45,595 bases of DNA from an uncultured Erysipelotrichaceae bacterium (GTDB taxonomy: Bacteria; Bacillota_I; Bacilli_A; RFN20; CAG-826): NCBI GenBank assembly GCA_902774655.1, contig CACYJD010000001.1, positions 1 to 45,595 on the forward strand, read 5' to 3'. The notes below the pieces were generated by a model, which searched no databases, had not been told where the DNA came from, and saw nothing but the letters and a program-made list of their open reading frames with translations. Of the stretch, positions 42,401-45,595 are shown in pieces. Numbering within the stretch: position 1 is the first letter of the stretch; each line of letters starts with the position of its first letter. A program made the translations under genes and the position numbers.

Positions 42401-42808
42401 CTAATTAACAGGAACTGGTTCGTTATAATAACACGCTAGAAAGATGAGGGAAATACCAATAAAAGCTAATCCAACAACGATAAAATAAAGGAATTCGGCT
42501 CTTGGTCTTTCCGCTCTAGCGATTTGATAATCATAGAAGGTATGATATTTGGCTTTACCTTTTCTAAATAGAGAAATAAAACGGGAAATGCCGTAAATTA
42601 GCATTTCAAATGCTCCACCATTAGCGGCTAAGATCATTAAACCAAGAGCGGTACATAAAACACCGACTGTGAAAATTGAATCAGTCACATAATGATAAGC
42701 AATACGCGGAGTCTCCGCAGAAAAAGTACCTTTAACCGCAATAATGATAAAGGATATTAAAGCACAAACAGCAAATGTTATGGAGTATTCTAAAATCTTC
42801 TTACGCAT
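42401..42808 (-). CDS. Small integral membrane protein (DUF3899-like)
   Basis: 135 aa with 3-4 predicted TM segments. It overlaps the oppF-like stop by 8 nt. Confidence 0.6.
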   Translation of the reverse strand: MRKKILEYSITFAVCALISFIIIAVKGTFSAETPRIAYHYVTDSIFTVGVLCTALGLMILAANGGAFEMLIYGISRFISLFRKGKAKYHTFYDYQIARAERPRAEFLYFIVVGLAFIGISLIFLACYYNEPVPVN

Positions 42809-44147
42809 TCTTCTTACTATCTAATTCTTTAATCTCTTCTTTATACTTTTCAAATTCTTCGCTGTTGCAAAGAATGAAGTGGCCCGGGAGAATCTCTCTC
42901 ATCGTTGGGCCTTCCTTGCTGTAATCGTGAGCACTTAAAGGATTATAAGTAATTCTCTTTCTCTTCTTTTCATAATGTGGATCTGGAAGAGGAATAGCGC
43001 TCAAAAGTGACTTGGTGTATGGATGGAGTGGATGTTTAAATAATTCATCGGATGTTGTCATTTCAACGATGTGACCGAAATACATAACGGCAATACGATC
43101 AGAGAAATACTTAACGACTGAAAGGTCGTGAGCGATGAATAAAATGGTTAAACCCATCTTTTCTCTTAATTGATTTAAGAGGTTAATGACTTGGGCTTGA
43201 ATAGAAACGTCAAGAGCGGAGATTGGTTCGTCAGCAATAATGAGTTCTGGTTCAAGAATAATAGAACGAGCAATACCGATTCTTTGTCTTTGACCACCAG
43301 AGAATTCATGTGGATAGCGAGTCGCGTGTTCTTGAACTAAACCAACGAGTTCAAGCATTTTATAAACTCGTTCGTCAATATACTTTTTATCGCGGATACC
43401 ACGGATAATTAAACCTTCAGCGATAATATCACGAACAGTCATACGTGGATCTAAGGAAGCGATTGGGTCTTGGAAGATCATTTGAATCTTATTCATAATG
43501 CGGTCTTTGCTCGCAATACGCTTTTCTTCTTTGAACTTCTTAGTTAAAGTATCTAATTGATTATTAAGTTCCGCTAATTCGGCATCGTTGTTAGATGCTT
43601 TAGCCGCTTCGATTTTGCCATTTAAGTCTTCAAAAAGTGGGTTATACTTATCCACGACTTTTTGCACTTCAAATTTAGCGAATTCTTTATTGCAGTTACG
43701 ATGATCATATCTCGCTAATTTAATCTTTTCGATATTCTCGTTTTTAACCGCATTAAATTCATCAGCAATGGCTTTTTTCTTTTCGTTAAATTCATTAGCA
43801 CGCGCACTCTTTTCTTCTGGAGAAAGAGCTTTCATTTCTTTATTAAGTGCATCGTTTGCGGCATCAAATTTAGCTTTTGCCATCTTAATAGCGGTTTTGT
43901 ATTCTAATGTACCAGCGACAATACGCTTGTCATCAAAATAAACACTACCACCTGTGGCATCGTATAAACGGATAATTGTTCTACCAGTTGTGGTTTTGCC
44001 ACATCCTGATTCACCGACAAGACCAAAAACTTCGCCCTTATAGATTTCGAAGTTCACGTCATCAACGGCTCTTAAAACATGTTTTCCGAGTTTGAAATGT
44101 TGAGAAAGATGCTCAACTTTAAGTAAAACTTTTCTATTGTCTTCCAT
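42801..44147 (-). CDS. oppF: Oligopeptide/dipeptide ABC transporter ATP-binding protein (OppF-like) with a ~130-aa internal coiled-coil insertion
   Basis: Walker A GESGCGKTT; then the K/E/A/N-rich insert; then IQMIFQDPIASLDPR, signature FSGGQRQR, Walker B IIADEP and the C-terminal oligopeptide-type tail. Confidence 0.85.
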   Translation of the reverse strand: MEDNRKVLLKVEHLSQHFKLGKHVLRAVDDVNFEIYKGEVFGLVGESGCGKTTTGRTIIRLYDATGGSVYFDDKRIVAGTLEYKTAIKMAKAKFDAANDALNKEMKALSPEEKSARANEFNEKKKAIADEFNAVKNENIEKIKLARYDHRNCNKEFAKFEVQKVVDKYNPLFEDLNGKIEAAKASNNDAELAELNNQLDTLTKKFKEEKRIASKDRIMNKIQMIFQDPIASLDPRMTVRDIIAEGLIIRGIRDKKYIDERVYKMLELVGLVQEHATRYPHEFSGGQRQRIGIARSIILEPELIIADEPISALDVSIQAQVINLLNQLREKMGLTILFIAHDLSVVKYFSDRIAVMYFGHIVEMTTSDELFKHPLHPYTKSLLSAIPLPDPHYEKKRKRITYNPLSAHDYSKEGPTMREILPGHFILCNSEEFEKYKEEIKELDSKKNA

Positions 44148-45595
44148 TATAGTTGCTCTGCCTCCTTCTTCATACGTGCAATACGTTCTTTAATAATCTT
44201 TGGTGGTTCCACTTTTGGTGCGTCTGGATGGAGTAACCATGTCGCGGCATAGTGAGTATCACTAACCTTGAATAAAGGTGGTTCCATTTCGTAATCGATT
44301 TCTAAAGCGTATTTATTTCTTTCTGCGAAAGCATCACCCACTGGTGGATAAATTAAGTTTGGTGGTGTTCCTGGAATAGCTTCTAGTTTTTCTTTTGTTT
44401 CTAAGTCAGGCATAGAAGATAATAATGCCCATGTATATGGATGTTTTGGATCATAGAAGATGTCTTCGCTTGTGCCGTATTCAACGATCTTACCAGCATA
44501 CATAACGGCAATACGGTCCGCCATATTGGCGACAACACCTAAGTCGTGGGTAATAAAGATAATGGAAAGATTTCTTTCCGCTTTGATCTTGTTAATAAGT
44601 TCAAGAATTTGACTTTGAATGGTGACGTCTAAAGCGGTTGTTGGTTCGTCACAAATTAAGATATCTGGGTTAGCACTAAGAGCGATCGCAATAACGATAC
44701 GTTGTCTCATACCACCAGAGAATTCAAATGGATATTGACGATATCTAATTGAAGGTTCTGGGATACCAACTTCTTTCAGAAGTTCTAATGATCTAGTCTT
44801 AGCAATACCGAGTGTCACACGATAGACTAAACGGCTTGCTTGTTCTTTAAAGAAGTCGATTAAGATAATCATTTCTTCTCTAGCGTTATAATCTTTCTTA
44901 TTAATATCAACGGTATATCTATCAATTAAATCATCGATGATTTTTTCGATATTGGATTTTGTTAATTCTAAATCGACAGTGTATGGAGGAATGACTTTCC
45001 ATGTTGGAGTCTTGCCTTGTGCCACTAAAGCGTCATATTTAGCTTTGCTATTTTCGTATTTACGAATATTAATTGGATTTCTTTTTACACCTTCAAAGTA
45101 ACGATTGACTTCGTGAATAATAGAAATACCAAATGAGTATTCAACACTATGCTTTTTAACTCTTAAATAGTCAATAGCGTCATCGACCTTTTTAATGATG
45201 ACTTTAAGTTCTTTTTTAACATCAGACTTATTTAAATTCTCTAAAGAAGATAATTTATCTTTAAGTCCTTGCAATAAAGGTAATAATTCTTTTTTCTTAT
45301 TTAAAGAGACATCACGAGAATGTTGAATAGCGGTTGTACCAATTTCAATGAAAGAATTCATGAAATCATCATTTAAATATTGAAGAGTCATTTGATCTAA
45401 TTCTTCAATCGAGGAAGCGGTTGTTTCATCAAATGATGGGTTTTTATATTTATAGTAGCCTAAACGGAAGAAGTCAGGGTGTTTCTTCTTTGTCGCGGCA
45501 TCCGCTTTTATAGATAATGATTTAAACGTATTAATGACGTTTTCAACAGAAATCTCTTTATCTGGTGTCTTTAAGAAGCTATCAATTGAAGCAAC
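44147..45595 (-). CDS. oppD: Oligopeptide ABC transporter ATP-binding protein (OppD-like), 5'-truncated by the window edge, also carrying a long insertion
   Basis: The frame is open from 45595 down, not only from the Met at 45391; I translated 45392-45595 by hand. Motifs: signature FSGGMRQR, Walker B LICDEP, HPYT tail. Walker A must lie beyond the window. Confidence 0.8.
   Translation of the reverse strand, partial: VASIDSFLKTPDKEISVENVINTFKSLSIKADAATKKKHPDFFRLGYYKYKNPSFDETTASSIEELDQMTLQYLNDDFMNSFIEIGTTAIQHSRDVSLNKKKELLPLLQGLKDKLSSLENLNKSDVKKELKVIIKKVDDAIDYLRVKKHSVEYSFGISIIHEVNRYFEGVKRNPINIRKYENSKAKYDALVAQGKTPTWKVIPPYTVDLELTKSNIEKIIDDLIDRYTVDINKKDYNAREEMIILIDFFKEQASRLVYRVTLGIAKTRSLELLKEVGIPEPSIRYRQYPFEFSGGMRQRIVIAIALSANPDILICDEPTTALDVTIQSQILELINKIKAERNLSIIFITHDLGVVANMADRIAVMYAGKIVEYGTSEDIFYDPKHPYTWALLSSMPDLETKEKLEAIPGTPPNLIYPPVGDAFAERNKYALEIDYEMEPPLFKVSDTHYAATWLLHPDAPKVEPPKIIKERIARMKKEAEQL

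Overview
Method and limits: all calls come from reading the ORF track and the raw sequence and recognising motifs from memory. No BLAST, HMM or folding was run. The DNA is low-GC (about one third G+C by eye) and uses the standard code: UGA serves as a stop and the tRNA-Trp anticodon is CCA. It looks like Bacillota/Mollicutes-type DNA, and almost all genes are on the minus strand.

Layout:
(1) 1 to ~30.6 kb is a siphovirus-type prophage. Read right to left it carries a DUF2800/DUF2815/family-A polymerase/primase-helicase/VRR-NUC/SNF2 replication module, a sigma-like regulator, a ParB-fused DNA methyltransferase and small unknown genes. Next come a cargo block (metI, metQ and a compact MetK-like SAM synthetase), then HNH/terminase packaging genes with a BspA-type LRR insert. 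These are followed by an HK97-type head, the tail genes (with a gpG/gpGT -1 frameshift verified in the sequence), a holin-type lysis region with no recognisable endolysin, and a small XRE gene.
(2) 30.6-41.3 kb is a stacked defence island with three units. The first is an ABC-3C-like three-gene unit (HNH-like effector, 76-aa middle protein, coiled-coil ABC ATPase). The second is a Sau3AI-family R-M pair. The third is a tightly coupled three-gene operon encoding a PD-(D/E)xK nuclease fused to a DndB-type DGQHR domain, a Dam-family methyltransferase and a 150-aa protein. I cannot place this third operon in any named system, and it is my top candidate for something new.
(3) An iteron-like repeat array lies at 41.6 kb and tRNA-Trp(CCA) at 41808-41881.
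(4) The host flank carries Nudix, a membrane protein, and OppF/OppD ATPases with long inserts.

Other points worth a second look: the phage-borne methionine-to-SAM module, a terminase large subunit split at an A4 run, ori-like 9-mer repeats in the replication module, GATC scarcity in the phage late region compared with the host flank, and the absence of any integrase or lysogeny switch in the window.
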